A stretch of 64,000 nucleotides of DNA, taken from NCBI GenBank assembly GCA_002269645.1, contig NIVC01001761.1, positions 176,666 to 240,665 of the forward strand. The letters are read 5' to 3'. A model generated the notes under the pieces. The model did no database searches. It saw only the letters and a list, made by a program, of their open reading frames with translations, and had not been told where the DNA came from. This stretch comes from Macrostomum lignano. Its lineage: Eukaryota. A program made the translations under genes and the position numbers. Positions 36,189 through 49,594 of this stretch are shown piece after piece (positions within the stretch are counted from its first letter, which is position 1; the number at the start of each line of letters is the position of its first letter).

Positions 36189-36459
36189 CTACAGTAGAAA
36201 CTCTGCTTAATACCTGGTCAGTAATTCAGTTAGCAATGCATCCCGATGCCCGCTATCCATTGAACAGCCCAGAGCACCGAAATTCCCGTTAATTCGTGTG
36301 CGAGCTCATGGGCCTGGCGACAGTCTTTTGAATTGAAACGTCCGTCACTTTACGAGCGATGGGTATGGATTTGTCGATGTGCACTTTTTGGACATTTTTT
36401 CTCTAGCTCAATTGTCTAGTGTACGAGCTATTTATATCTACATTATTCCCAACTGCCAT

Positions 36460-36625
36460 GGGGCTGGTTGTAGCCTAGTGGTTAGTTGTCGGACTCACGA
36501 CTGAAAGGTCGGAAGTTCGAATCCCGAGCCACTCGGAACAATTTGTGTCCTTAGTAAGACACTTAACTCTACATTTTCTCCAGTTCACCCAGCTGTAAAA
36601 TGGGTGCCATCATTAGCTGAGTTGT
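36460..36625 (+). mobile_element. tRNA-derived CORE-like SINE, second 3'-diverged copy
   Basis: TAGCCTAGTGG...GACTCACGACTGAAAGGTC...GTTCGAATC...CACTCGGAACAATTTGTGTCCTT...GTTCACCCAGCTGTAAAATGGGTGCC, matching 2421-2688 in reverse. Confidence 0.75.
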
Positions 36626-37567
36626 CTAATTGTCTCAGGAACTGTCACATCATGCAAATGAAACTGGACAGCTTATATGCCCAAGATCAACTTGGAAATT
36701 AATGTCAACAGGCTCCTTTCTTGCGACTGTAATTTGCATTGCGGCTCAATGACTCAATACAAAGCACTCAATACAATACAAGTAACGTTTCCTCCGTGAA
36801 TCGTCTACATGTATGCATGTGTAATTGGTTACGTTTGGTTTTGTTACCTGTAAGCAGTGCCCCTTTCGGGGCGACGTTTGCCCTCGTACGGTGGTTAATG
36901 ACCGCTCGGGCACTGCCCCGTTTGCGCTCTCTCCCTGGCTCTGTCCACTTTGTGTGCCATATGTACTTTCTCTCCCTCGGTCGCGCCCCTCCCTCTCCGT
37001 CTCTCTGCCCCGCGCGCACCCACCTCCCCCGATCTGGTTTTAAGGCCTTCTTGGGTTGCAATAATTACATACAAATTATTAGTATAGGAGCTCTTAGAAC
37101 TTTCAATTTAGTTTACTTTCTCAAGGCAGTTGTAAAAACTGTTTAAAATCAAGCAAAGCTTTTCATGGCCTGCTGGAAGCTTCTTTATTTTGTCTTTTTA
37201 CAAGTTTAAATAATTCAGAGCAGCAACAAACTATGATTGCTACTGATAAAGGCAATACAAGTAGTATGATTGAGAACATAATGGAGTAAAATAAATAGAT
37301 GAGGTAGAGGCTAGAATGACATGATTAATAGCGAGGTAGATATTTAATTCAAAGCGCTTCTTTTAGAAGCAAAAAACGATTGCACGGAAGGAGCTGATTA
37401 GCTGAGGCCAATATTTACAGAAAAGCCTGAAGCTCGCGAACCAAGCATTGAGCATGCGCGATCGATGAGGTCAAAAGCGGATTGTCTCAATGAAAACTGC
37501 CGACAGTGCTGAGGCAGCCCTGCGGGGGGGGGGCTCAAGCGGCACAATGCGCTGTCAGCTCTGCCGC

Positions 37568-40500
37568 TCAGTCCTGCCTGAATGAGTGCCCGCGCTGGAA
37601 TATGCGGATAAGCGACCGACTGTGACCGGAAGTACCAGAGGCCGAGCCGGAGTTCGATCTGCCGTGCTGCTGCTGCTGCAACCTTCGGGAGCCGTCCAGT
37701 TGCTCCGCGATCTCGCGAAACGCGCCGGTCTTCCAGTGGTCGACCTCCGTGTAGTTCAGCTGGGGAGCGCCAGCAGCCGCCGGGGTCGCGGAGGCCATCG
37801 CCAGAGCTGGCTGGGCAGCAGCCGCCGAGTGGTCCAGCGTCGCGTACAGCAGCGTCGAGGTGTCGCCGGCAGCTGAAGTCGCTGAGGGCGCCGACCGGCA
37901 CGGGTCAGCTGGGCGGCGGGCCGCGCTTTCGGCGGGCTTCTTGCTGAGCGGTGCGGGATTCGGCAGACTTGCATGGCAGCCGCTTGCCGCCGACAGGGAG
38001 GCGACGCGCTGCCTGCTGACGTACTCGAAGCCGTGGCGCGGGTTGCGCACGCGAAAGTCGTCGGAGGTGGCGGCGCTGCCAGAGCTGCTGAAGCCGCCGT
38101 CAGCCGCTGGGTCGCGGCAGTTCGAGCGGCAGCCGCAGGAGCTGCAGCAGCTGCTGGCGGAGCCGCACAGGTCGGAGCTGGAGCGGACCAGCCGCCGGTA
38201 GCCGCTGGCGGGGCCCGGCGAGTCCGCCTGCTGCGAGTTCTGCAAATTTTATCAATTCGAATTCAGCCTGCTGCAGCGCTCCTTATGGATGCAGTGGAAA
38301 AGCAAAAAATTGGTCTGCTTCAAGAGCCAGAACCAACAGTATGAAAAGTCTCGCGGCTTTCAGTTGCCATGGCTACCATATGAGTCACAAACCTGTCGCC
38401 GACGCCAAGTCAGACTGGCCAGCCTCAGTTTGGACATCGCCGCTGCCGCAGCCGCAGTCGACGGCGCGCTGCCGACACCGGCAGGCAGGTTGCAGTAATC
38501 CTGACTGCCGCAAGGCTTCAGCAAGGTGCACAAGGTGAAGTAACAGGGCAAGCCGCCGCTGTAGCCGCTGTCCGCCGTCCACTGGCCGAGCTGCTGCTGC
38601 GCCTTCAGCTGCTGCTCCTCGCCGCTCACTTGGCCAGCAGCCGGGTTGTGGCAGCGGCAGCGACAGCGCTGCAGATCCCCCAGCCTGCGACTGGCGCACC
38701 GGTGCCGACACCGGTTACCCGTTCCCGGTTCCGGCTGCTGCTGACTGTCGGCTCGCGGCTTCGGGATGTCGATGCTGCTGCTGGCGGTTGGCCGGCGCGG
38801 ATCGGCGACCCCGACAGTGGAGCCTAGGAAGGCGTTGTTGGGATGACAATAGGATTATGGGGAAATTATGGGGGAACACACTAGCGAGCATGTGGCCAGC
38901 TGTGCAGTCACATCAACACAATGGCTAGCGGTGTCTACCATAGTTAGAGATCTGAGGCCAAAATGATCAACATAAAAGTACACAATGATCAACATAAAAG
39001 TACACAATTATCAGCATAAAAGTACACAATTATCAGCATAAAAGTACAAAATCATCATAATAAAAGTACACAATCATCATAATAAAAGTACACAACGATC
39101 AGTATAAAAGTACACAATGATCAGTATAAAAGTACACAATAATCAGTGTAAAAGTACAAAATGATAAGTGTAATTCTCAGCTCACCCTGAGCCAGCGAGG
39201 GCAGCGGCTTGCTAACACAGGCCGCTTTCATGTCGAGGTACAGCTGGTGCCGCCGGTCGCATTGGAAATACTGCATGCCGCGAACTGTCAAATGTCAAAA
39301 ACAGACATCTAGATTTCGAGGACAGACATCTAGATTTCGAGGACAGACATCTAGATTTCGAAGACAGACATCTAGATTTCGAAGACAGACATCTAGATTT
39401 CGAAGACAGACATCTAGATTTCGAAGACAGACATCTAGATTTCGAAGACAGACATCTAGATTTCGAAGACAGACATCTAGATTTCGAAGACAGACATCTA
39501 GATTCAAAAAAACTACTCACCCTGCCCGCAGCCAACGTCGCCCTCGAACACAAAGCAGCGCATGGCCTCGTTAACCATGTACCGCTTGATGAATTGCAGC
39601 GGCCAGACGGCCAGGCCCCCGTGAGAGTCGGCCGGCTCCGAGTAGAAGCACAGCCGGGACGGCTGCACGTGCAGTCGGCCTCCGCCGCCGCCAGATGGAC
39701 ACAGCTGCTGCTGGGTTGGCTTGCCGATGGACTCGCACTTGATGAACCTGGCCCGATAGCTGGCGTCTGGGCCGGCGGGTTGGGAAGGCGGGCGGGTCAT
39801 TGGGATAAGCAAGGGGTCATTGGGATAAGCAAGGGGTCATTGGGATAACCAAGGGGTCATTGGGATAAGCAAGGGGTCATTGGGATAACCAAGGGGTCAT
39901 TGGGAGATTCAAGGGCAGAGAGGGTCATTGGGAGATTCAAGGGCAGAGAGGGTCATTGGGATAACCAAGGGTTCATTGGGAGATTCAAGGGCAGAGAGGG
40001 CCAGTGTGATAACCAAGGGGTCATTGGGAGATTCAAGGACAGAGAGGGTGATTGGGATAAGCAAATGGTCATTGGGATAAGCAAGGGGTCATTGGGAGAT
40101 TCAAGGGCAGAGACGGTCAGTGGGATAAGCAAGGGGTCATTGGGAGATTCAAGGGCAGAGAGGGCCAGTGTGATAACCAAGGGTTACTGGGAGAATCCAA
40201 TGCCATGAACAGAGATTAAACAGCTCACCTTGAACGCAGTTACTGATTTTCTCAAGCCAAAATGTCAAATCACTGTAGCTGTTGAATCCCAGCAGCACGA
40301 GGCGATCCTCGCAGGTGAGCACGATGGCAGCCATGACTGGCGATTTGTCAGAACTGGACACAGAGTCGAGGCCATAGACAGTGTCATATGGTGCTTGGGC
40401 TGACAGGTCAGCTGATTTTTTGTAGTCGGATGCCTCTTTATAGACAAACAGCTTTACAGATCCTGGATTAGTTTGCATACAGTTTAATAATAACTAATGT

Positions 40501-42919
40501 TAAATAGATAAAACATTTGATAGTGCTCAATTGGCTTACCAGCAAAAGCAGTTTTGGCTACCACACAAAACCGTTGCTTCCACTAAAATTAATGAAAAAG
40601 AAATAAATGAGAAACTGATTTTCAAAAGAATTCTTGAAAAAGAAATATCATTAACCATAAAAAATTATAATTGTAGCATATGTAATAACATTCTATTATT
40701 GTGACAGAAATGTTGCATGATAGACTAAAGTACAATTGGCACTAAAACTACATTCCTAGCCTTGTAAACAAGAAATTAGCGTTGTAAACAAACTAGCCTT
40801 AGCCTTAGCCTTTGTCTTAGCCTTATCCCTAGCCTTGTAAACAAGGGCTTTGCCTTTGAGTGTATCTAAATCGTTATATACGAGTCGATTACGAGTATTT
40901 TAAGCCACACATAATAAGGAAGATTGACCAACTTGTCAATTATTAGTAATACCTTCCTCCAATAGCTTTGTCACATTAGCATTTTCCTTGCCAAACATAT
41001 CTAAGCCAATGACATGAGTGGTAGGGGAAATGTGGACTCTGCCGCAGGAATTTCCGTGGGAAAACCACGGGCCTAGTGAGTGAACATAGAAGCCTATGTA
41101 AATGCATTAGTGGACTCTGCCGCAGGGAAAGCCATGGAAATTCCATGGGGCCTTAGTGAGAGTGCCTATGTGTTTGCATGGGAGAACTCTGCCGCGGGGA
41201 AAGCCACGAAAATAGGGGGGGGGGGATAGCCGCTGTTGTATTGTACTGTACGAGTATTGAGCCGACCAAAAACATGTTTGTAAATAGTAGGTTTACTAAA
41301 GTTTGTAAACATTCACCTCCATTTCATTTGCCTTTCATCTCAGCATCTCAGCAAAATAGTGAGAGAGGCTTTTTAGATAGCGACTGTGTTTGGTCATGAG
41401 TTCCTCCGCACTCAAGTAAATAAATTAAATGCACTTTAGTAAGCGAATAACTTGAATTGGACTGAATGTTTTGTGAAAGTGAGCTTGCAAAGCGCCATTT
41501 ATTGCCTTGTTATTTGTTGATACTGCTGATTTGGTGGCAGGGAAGTGGGGTGGGGGTCTGTAAAACTAACCAATACGAGCCTGGGGAATATTATTACTTT
41601 TGTTCAATTTGGCATGCCATAATGAAATGTCATTGGCTTTTATTATATCTATACTTAGGAAAAACTTTTGTCAGCTTATCTTTATTTTTTCTGGCTAAAT
41701 TTCAAATTGTATTTTTATCTTTAAAGGTTGCAACTAGTTTTTTACTACTTTTTATTTAGAGTTTATAGTAAACTTTGCTTTTATAAAATTGTACTTTATT
41801 TCATTCACATTTTAATGTTTTTAAAGAAAAAATACTAACCCTCATTTTAACTTTTTTCACAATTTCTACTTTTATCAGCTTATTGGAGCATATAATATCA
41901 CATAGAATGCTTATTTGTATTGTATAAAACTATCTGGACAATTTATAATGCCATCACTTTACTTTTGGAATAAAGAAAGCAAATAGTATAAACCAAATTT
42001 AACAACTTTGCATCATTATGTTATGTTTTATTTCTAGATCCTAACATTTTTTGTTCAACCTTGTTAACACATGTTGCTTGTAATATTTTAAAGACCTGAT
42101 CCTGATTCCCAGATCCCAATCCTAATCCCAAAATTTTTTCCCAATCCTGATCCTGCACAATGATTTCAATCCTATCCAACCTCTATTGATTTGTAATCAT
42201 TCATTCGTTATAGTTTGACACTGCTATGAGTAAGACACTAACTCTTGGCCTTAATCTTAAAGATTGGTATATATTAGGGTTCAAAATTCCTATGACTAGG
42301 CCTAGGCCTATTAAACTTAAAAAGCCACAACCAACTAACTTAAAAACCTTCCTTAGCCTTAGGACTTTATACTCTTGATCTGGACTCTTCCTCCTTTTAT
42401 TTGGGTGCCAGTTGTTTGTCTGCCAACAGTTTGTCTGCTGAGCAGACATTCCTTTCTCTTTAAATTTATTTGTCTACTGGGAAATGATGGTAGGAATGCA
42501 GAATAAGATGGGAGCTGCCTAACAATCTCTTTGTTGATATTGGTTAAAGTGCTGCAGGCGTTGGTCTCATTGAATATGACAATATATACTAGTTATAGAT
42601 ACATGCCATTAAGGAAAAGGTTTTTTATTAGAGGGGGAGACATGGTATGCAACAACTCTAGATTTGAACCAACACATGTCTTGCATCTAAAAATTGTTGA
42701 AAAAGAAAAACAATTTGTTAATATTTATTATCTCTAGCAAATTTTCAACTGTTTTAGTTCAAGCTTTAGTTCAAGCTACTACAAGACATATATCAATACT
42801 TTGGAACGTAGGCCGCGGCGGCGGCGGCCGGCCACCTATGCGCTATGCCTTACCTTCTTGTTGCTGAGTAGTTTCATTTTTCCAGAAACAACGACAGAGA
42901 CGGAGTTTGTACTTGACAT
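37568..42919 (-). CDS. DOK7: DOK7-like PH + IRS-type PTB adaptor, 7 exons, ~596 aa
   Basis: Exons 42854-42919, 40540-40582, 40229-40462, 39521-39766, 39186-39284, 38393-38823 and 37568-38239 join in frame (1791 nt). The PH domain VVSGKMKLLSNKKWKQRFCVV...LFVYKE...VYGLD...LVLLGFNS...FW parallels Dok-7 VEGQVKLRDGKKWKSRWLVL...LVYKD...ICGLE...IMLGFDS. The PTB domain reads WPLQFIKRY...FVFEGDVGCG. The tail carries Tyr motifs. Confidence 0.82.
38960..40195. repeat. Three different minisatellites in DOK7-like introns 5, 4 and 3
   Basis: AAAAGTACACAATGATCAG.. at 38960-39165; AGACAGACATCTAGATTTCGA (21 bp) at 39300-39505; GGGTCATTGGGATAAGCAAGG-type at 39795-40195. Confidence 0.9.
41025..41610 (+). repeat. 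Dispersed repeat, copy 2, in DOK7-like intron 1
   Basis: Colinear similarity to 9670-10380. Confidence 0.75.
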
Positions 42920-43876
42920 TTTTATATATTAAGGGGCAAAGCCTTTTATTTTCTTGCCTTTTAGTAAATTTCCGATTGTAATTTTAAACAGTTTCTTAAT
43001 AAAACTAGACCGTCTACGGGCCTAGAATTATTAATGTATAATGTGGCAAGGAATTCTAGGACACCAGCAAATTCAAAATTTTAATTTTTGTTTTGCGGGC
43101 TAAACAAAGATTTACTTGAGCCCCTAAACTTCAAAGGGAACATAAGCTTGCTTTAAAAAAATAACGTATCCTACCTAAGTTGCACTATCTAATAAGGCTT
43201 AGTGCATACATACGACTAGTATGGCTATGGTACGTAATGCCTAACACCACGTGAGTAAAACCAAGCTATTTTTAGAGCCGGTTATGTGGCAGTGATTCAG
43301 TGAGGCACAACTTACTCCCGATAGGCCTATCGTTCTCGAGACTAGAATAGGGTTCTAGTCCTACCCTCCAGCCCGGAGTGACAGCTAATCCATTATGTCC
43401 TACTCAATGCTAAGGATCTGACAGCGGTGTCGGAAAATTTTTCAAAGTGGGGGGGCTATTTGGTGGGAGGGCCACATTGCATATACATTTTTGTAATCGA
43501 AGGGCACCCTAACACCTGATTTTATGTAATTTTGTGACATTGTGAAAACCAGGCCAATATTCAATTCTATGTTGGAAGTCGGAAGATGCTCGAATTTTCA
43601 ACTGATTCAAACATTGCGCAACGGTACTGCACCATTAATTTATCTAGTAAATATCCCAAAGGAATGAAAATTGCAAGGGCAAGACCAATCAGTTAATTTT
43701 CTGGATCTCTTGGCTACCTCCTTCAGTTCCTCTTGGCGTTGCATGCCTCTTTATTCTTTTAGCTGACGGCATTTTAATCATTTTGGTTGCAGCGCCAGCA
43801 GCGGTTTAAGTCTTGGGATTGCGGTTAGACTCGACAACAACAACAACAACGGAACACGCGTTCAGCGCCTCAGGGC

Positions 43877-44632
43877 GTGCCAGCCGACGTTTGCCAGCTG
43901 ACGTTTGCCAGCTGACGTTTGCCAGCCGACGTTTGCCAGCTGACGTTTGCCTGCGGGACGTTTGCCAGCGGTACGTTTGCCTGCGGGATGTTTGCCTGCG
44001 GGACGTTTGCCAGCCGACGTTTGCCAGCCATGGCCAAACTCCGTTAAGCAGAGTTTGGCTTTTGAGTTAAGTATATATCAAGGACTACTCAAGTAACCAA
44101 GTACTCAAGTCATTGGTATTGGGCGAGATTAATGCAATACCATTATGGATGTCTCAATCTTTTCCCATATTTAGCTTGTAAACACTAGTTTGTTTGGCCA
44201 CTGAGATGGAAAGGGCCATTCCATGGCATACATAGACATCAACTGTGACGATGGAAATTTCTTTTTTGTATTTTTACCTTTCTATTTAGGCAGACAAGAG
44301 CAATAACTTCAATAAGCCTGAACAGTTGTTTGTTAGTAAAACCTGTATATTTAATAGCAGTAGTAGGGAGCGAGGTGGAATTAGATTAGTGCTATGTCCA
44401 CAGTTTTCAAATGCAAGTACATGCAAGCCTAGAGAGGGCATACTTATTTAACCAATTGCCGCCTGCAAATTTCCAGCTGGCAAACGTCCCGCAGGCAAAC
44501 GTCGGCTGGCAAACGTCCCGCAGGCAAACGCCGGCCGGCAAAGGTCCCGCTGGCAAACATCGGCTGGCAAACGTCGGCTGGCAAACGTCCCACTGGCAAA
44601 CGTCGGCCGGCAAACGTCCGGCAAGGCAAACT
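43877..44632. repeat. Pair of inverted ~15-bp minisatellite arrays around a ~430-bp core
   Basis: (ACGTTTGCCAGCCG)n at 43877-44030 and (GGCAAACGT...)n at 44480-44632. Confidence 0.75.
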
Positions 44633-44649
44633 TCGTAGACCCGGTCAGA

Positions 44650-45200
44650 CCACAGACTCCTCCTGATCTGCGACTTGCGGCTCCGCGACCAGCTCTACCG
44701 ACCACCAAAGCAGCGGCCACGGCACTACTATCGCGCACTGTTGGACACCTGCGTGAAACGTCAATTCGCGGGTGCCTTCGTCGCCACGCTTGGAGACCAG
44801 CGCGAGGCGGAGTATTCCGAGACGTGGACGCTGACGGATACGCTAGAGCGGCAGCTGGACTCGGCGCACTCAGGGCTGCTCCGTGCGGCCTTTCGAGCTG
44901 ACGAGAGCGTCGGGACCGAGGCCCTGTACGATCGGGCCAAGCTGCAGCGCCCGTCCACCATCATGCGCCGGCGGCGACTTCAACTGGCAAACCACGTGAT
45001 CCGGGCCGAGGGCTACTGCCCCCAACCTGTTCAGGACGTCCTGCTGCTCACCTTGCAGGGTCCCTTCAGGCGGGGTCAGGCCCGAACCCGTCGATTCGTG
45101 GACTGCCTGCTGTGCGACGCTGGGGTGCCCGACACTGCCAACGGAGCGGACTTTGTTCGTTCCCAGGCTCTGCGGCGCGCCATCTGACGCGCCCTGCTAG
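44650..45200 (+). mobile_element. RTE-clade LINE, 3' ORF2 fragment
   Basis: YSETWTLTDTLERQLD...LLRAAF...RRRRLQLANHVIR...GPFRRGQAR matches the RTE-type RT C-terminal region. Confidence 0.8.
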
Positions 45201-48200
45201 CTAGCTAGTTACTTAGACGAGTTAGTCTGCTTGTGTAGTTAACACCCTTGAAGGCACAGTGAAGTGTATATGGCTAACGATAGATAAAGTTAGGGCCGCT
45301 GTATTTAACTCAGTAGTCAAAGTGCTCCAAAGCAATCAGGGCACGGCATGAAATGCAGACCAATTCAGGTAACAAGCAACAGGAATTACGCAGTTTGGTC
45401 AATCAAAATGTCCGTCTTGAGCCACAGCCGAAGACTCTCACAGTCACAGTATTCTGTGCTCACAGTTGCCGTCAGTCATTACTCGCACTTCTTCCAATAG
45501 CCAAGCACCCCGCCAGAAGCCAGTAACACTCTTTTCCCGGAGCAGCGCTTTGAGCAGCAATACGAGGCTGCACTGTCCTTACAGATACTGCCTTTCTTGT
45601 CGCACTCCACTTTAACGCACGCGATTGAGCAGCCTGTATGTGAATTTTGTATGCGATTGATTAATAATAGTCTTGCCAACCAGCAAGCCAAGGATGTAAT
45701 TAAATAAAATTTGGCTCAATATTCCCGCGAACCTCACCGAGAACCGCGAGCAGGACAAGCAGAACTAGCAGCACGAGTAGCTGGGTCTTCATTTCGAATA
45801 TTTTAGTTTGGCTTGCAAGTCTTTAGCTTTAGCTTGCAAAAAAGTTTGCTTGGGGTCAACGCCTGTTCGCGTAGGAGCGCAGAGGGAATCTTTTGATGTC
45901 TATGGCAAAAGCCATCGAGGTAACACTGTTTACCGCGGGACCTTTTGCCCAGGGGGCTGACGACTACGTCCGTTAATGCCATAGACATATTAATCATTAG
46001 GCGCCAGCTGGTGGTTAGTTATGCACTCGCCCCTGACTTGTCCAAGGGCACTGAATGATTTTCCCTCGTCCGCGAGGTCGATAAGTCTTTCTTGTCTAAG
46101 GCCTGAATACTGTCTTGGTTATAGTGAAGCTGCATACACGAATTTAATTGTGTCTAGTTTCGTTTGGGCCACAAACGATTGCGTCGACGGAAATTGTGAA
46201 CTAAGTAAATTTTTGCGCGCCTTTCAGGCATCGAAACAGGAATACAACAGATTGCTTATCTGCGAATAGTCTATGGTCAAGCCGCCCACCATTTTTGGAT
46301 ATTCCCAACGGGTTATATTTGGATATACCCATTGCAGATAAGCAATCTGTATATTCCTGTATTAATGCGTTTGCGAGGATATTTTTTATTCAATACAACA
46401 AAGCTGAATAAACAGATTGTATAACATGTACGAAAACGGCCGTAACGTGGGCATAATGAAACGTGGACCAATTGTTCCGCAATAATCGATGAGTGGAGCT
46501 AGAATCGACAATAATTACACTCACATCGGCCGAATTGCATGGTTTGTTCCGCATGGGATCCTCGGGGCAAGCCTCTTCTTCGCTTGGCAGTGGTGGCAGA
46601 GCATCATCGTTACCGCATTCAATGAATCGGATGAACTCCATCAACTCTTCGTCATACGCCTCGTCACGTCCACCCATACTCAAGTCGCTGAGAAAGTTGA
46701 CCTCATTTCCATTCAAGCCGTCAATGCTTTCAATCGGCAAATTCGACCAATTTATCATTCGTATGAGTGGCATGAGTAGAGGTTAGGGCAAACAGAAGAA
46801 ACCACAGAACTTACAGAAGTTCTGTGGAAGAAACAGGAACATGCATCCTCTGCTGCAGAGTTCCAGCTTATAAGACCACAACTTCAATTCATTTAACATG
46901 TTTCGTCTATGGTAATTTCAGACTGTTCCGCTTAACTTTTCGTTCCAGACGTTTAGTCTATGGCCTTTATTTGGCTTGCGCCAAGTGGAAAATGCCTATG
47001 ACACAAATCCCTAGAATCGCTTAGTGAACAATTCCCGTCTGGGAAGTTGTGTCCTAGCCGTTTTGAATTGGTTTTTGGACGAAACTAGACACAATTTCTA
47101 GTTGAGCAGCAAGTTTGAGCAGCCGACCTACCGACCTACCGGCCTCGACGCTATGGCAGTTGTGTGTGAGGCGTGAACTCTCGATAGTGGAATTGTGTCT
47201 AGTTTCGTCCAAAAATATCTCTACCTCTTGATAACCTTGATACCTCTTGATAATCATAGATTGTGTTGCCTATAAATGCTAACTTAGGGACGAATTAAAG
47301 TGTGCCTGACAAAAACAGCTGTCAGTGACACAAGCCTGCACTGACACAGGAGAGTCTAGATACATGAGTCTGGCACAAGCGCCCAGTCTAGATACATGAT
47401 CTGGCACAAGTGCAGTCTATGAGTCTGGCACAAGCTTTCTACACTAGCCGTCCATCTAATAGTGAAGAGAAGTGATAATTTTAATAGTTTTTATAAATTT
47501 AGCTCGTACTACTAAGAAAGTACACAACATGAGTAGGCTGTGCGAGTTTTAATTCGTTTTGTAGCAGGAACCATTATTCAGCAATAAGCAGATCGGTCAA
47601 TAATTGAGTCTCTTGGACGGACCAGGCCGGTGCGGCAATGATGGAGTCGATGGCGGAGAACTTTTAAACTCTGACTAAATCCAGATTAGGTACAGCATAC
47701 GGTTCGTCTTCGTGTTGAACTTTTCTAATAAAACTCTTTCCCAAAGCTCGTAACAGAATGCAAATGTACAAAAGGAATTTATGCTTCTAACTGCCTTATT
47801 TTTGCGAACACTTGCATGTACAGAAAACTTTTTATTCTGTACGTTTCAGTTTTTATTAACAGAAATTGATATAGAAATTGAAAATATTAATCAGTTTCTG
47901 CTGGACAAATATTGCTGGTCATGCGGCAAATTATAACAAACAAAATTTCCAAGTGTTTTTGTGCGAGAGCATTTTAAAAAAGTTAGAAAAGCAGCAAGCA
48001 GAATGATGCGGCGGCTATGTTGTTGCCAGGTACTCAGTCAGGTAGCCTTCCCTGCCGCCGCCACCGGTGGGTTCGTTTGAACGCGTCTGGCTTTCCTGGA
48101 AAATTGTTCGAATAAAAACTGGTTTGACCCGACCGAATGATTGACAATTCCAGAGCCAATTAATGTAAAATCGTGCATCCAAATATTTATCAATAAGTAG

Positions 48201-49594
48201 ACTAAAACAAACTGAACCAAAGACGAAAGTTTTGAAAGTAGATATATAAATTCAGTTTATCTAAAGAGTACATAGAATTTTGTATCTGCATGCTTTCCGA
48301 CTATACTACTCATGGCATTGTTGGATGCATTAGCTTTGGCGCCGAACGATTTTATCATTGTTGAGTTAAACAAATTCCTGCTCATAAACTTGCTTGTTTT
48401 ATGATTTCCTTGTCAATAGTGCAACTATGTTGTTAGGTGAAATTCGATAAAACAAAATGTAATAGCGAAAGTACAAAGGGATAGTAAAAAAACTAAGGAA
48501 AGATACAATAAAATCAAAACCAATTTTTATGTCATATGTTGGCAGGCGTGAATATTTAAATGTTCTGATTTGTGTGTCCGAGTGCTCCGTGTCGGGGTCA
48601 CTGCATTGCTACAGGAAATCTCCGGATTTTTATGCACATTTAAACAAACATTACGCATTTCATTAGATTGTATTTTAGTAAAGGAACGGTGTTTGAGCTG
48701 AAGTTGTCTGGGCTTGCGCCCATACAGTCCAGCTTTGTTTTAATAAACCGATCTCCGTGCAACCGTGCAATCCACGCTGTGCAGACAATTCGAGAAAGTG
48801 AAAAATGGCCAAGGAGAATAAAATTAATGCCATTATTAACAAATTTATTACTGAGAATGGCGGCTGGGCCGACGGAGGCGTCGGGATCGAAGGGCTGTCA
48901 GCAAAACTTGTAGTTGTACTCCTAGGAATGGCCAGAGAGATGCTCAGTTAGAGGCAGGGGGCCTGTACACCCTGGCGCACTTCAAGCAACATTGTCACAC
49001 CACCGGCGAGAGGCATTGCTGCCCATTCCGCCCACTCCCCTGAGCAGGCACACAAGCGCGCGGATACGTACGCAGTCATACGCACAGGCACACACTCACA
49101 CAGGAGTGTACAGCGGCCCCAACTTTACTAATCCTTAAGCATGTACACTTCCCTGTGTCTTGCGAGTTGGCCGTCAGGGGCTTTTATTGCACGAGCAGAG
49201 CCAAACCGAGATTCCAATTAAGCCCCAAATTAATGCGACTGCACTTGGAATCGAGCCTGGGCCGCTGGCACATCAGAGCATCGCGCCGCCCCAAGGTCCG
49301 TATTCTGATTCATTTTTAGTCATCGAAAAAATAATTTTTTCTAACTACGAGACCGCGACTTTTATCGACCTATCTTTTTGCACTTTTCTGCACAACTGGT
49401 CATTGAAGCTGTAGGCCATTCAACTGTCATGTCCTTCCAGACTTCATGGGGAGGTGCGGACGTTTTGACGGCAAACGTCTTACTTAGTAGGCGGAAAATT
49501 CTAGAATTATCCGGGGATCCATGGTATGCCACTGAAGCGTTGCGTATTAAATGAAGTACATTTTGAGGAAGGTATTTCTCTTTTTGATTTGTCC

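Noticed and set aside
36460-36540. tRNA gene
   Set aside because: A/B boxes are present but it runs into a SINE body, the acceptor stem is poor, and a diverged second copy exists.
46390-46786. Acidic 127-aa ORF and the neighbouring IFLDET peptide (47054-47257)
   Set aside because: Too short, and no other transposase motifs to support a call.
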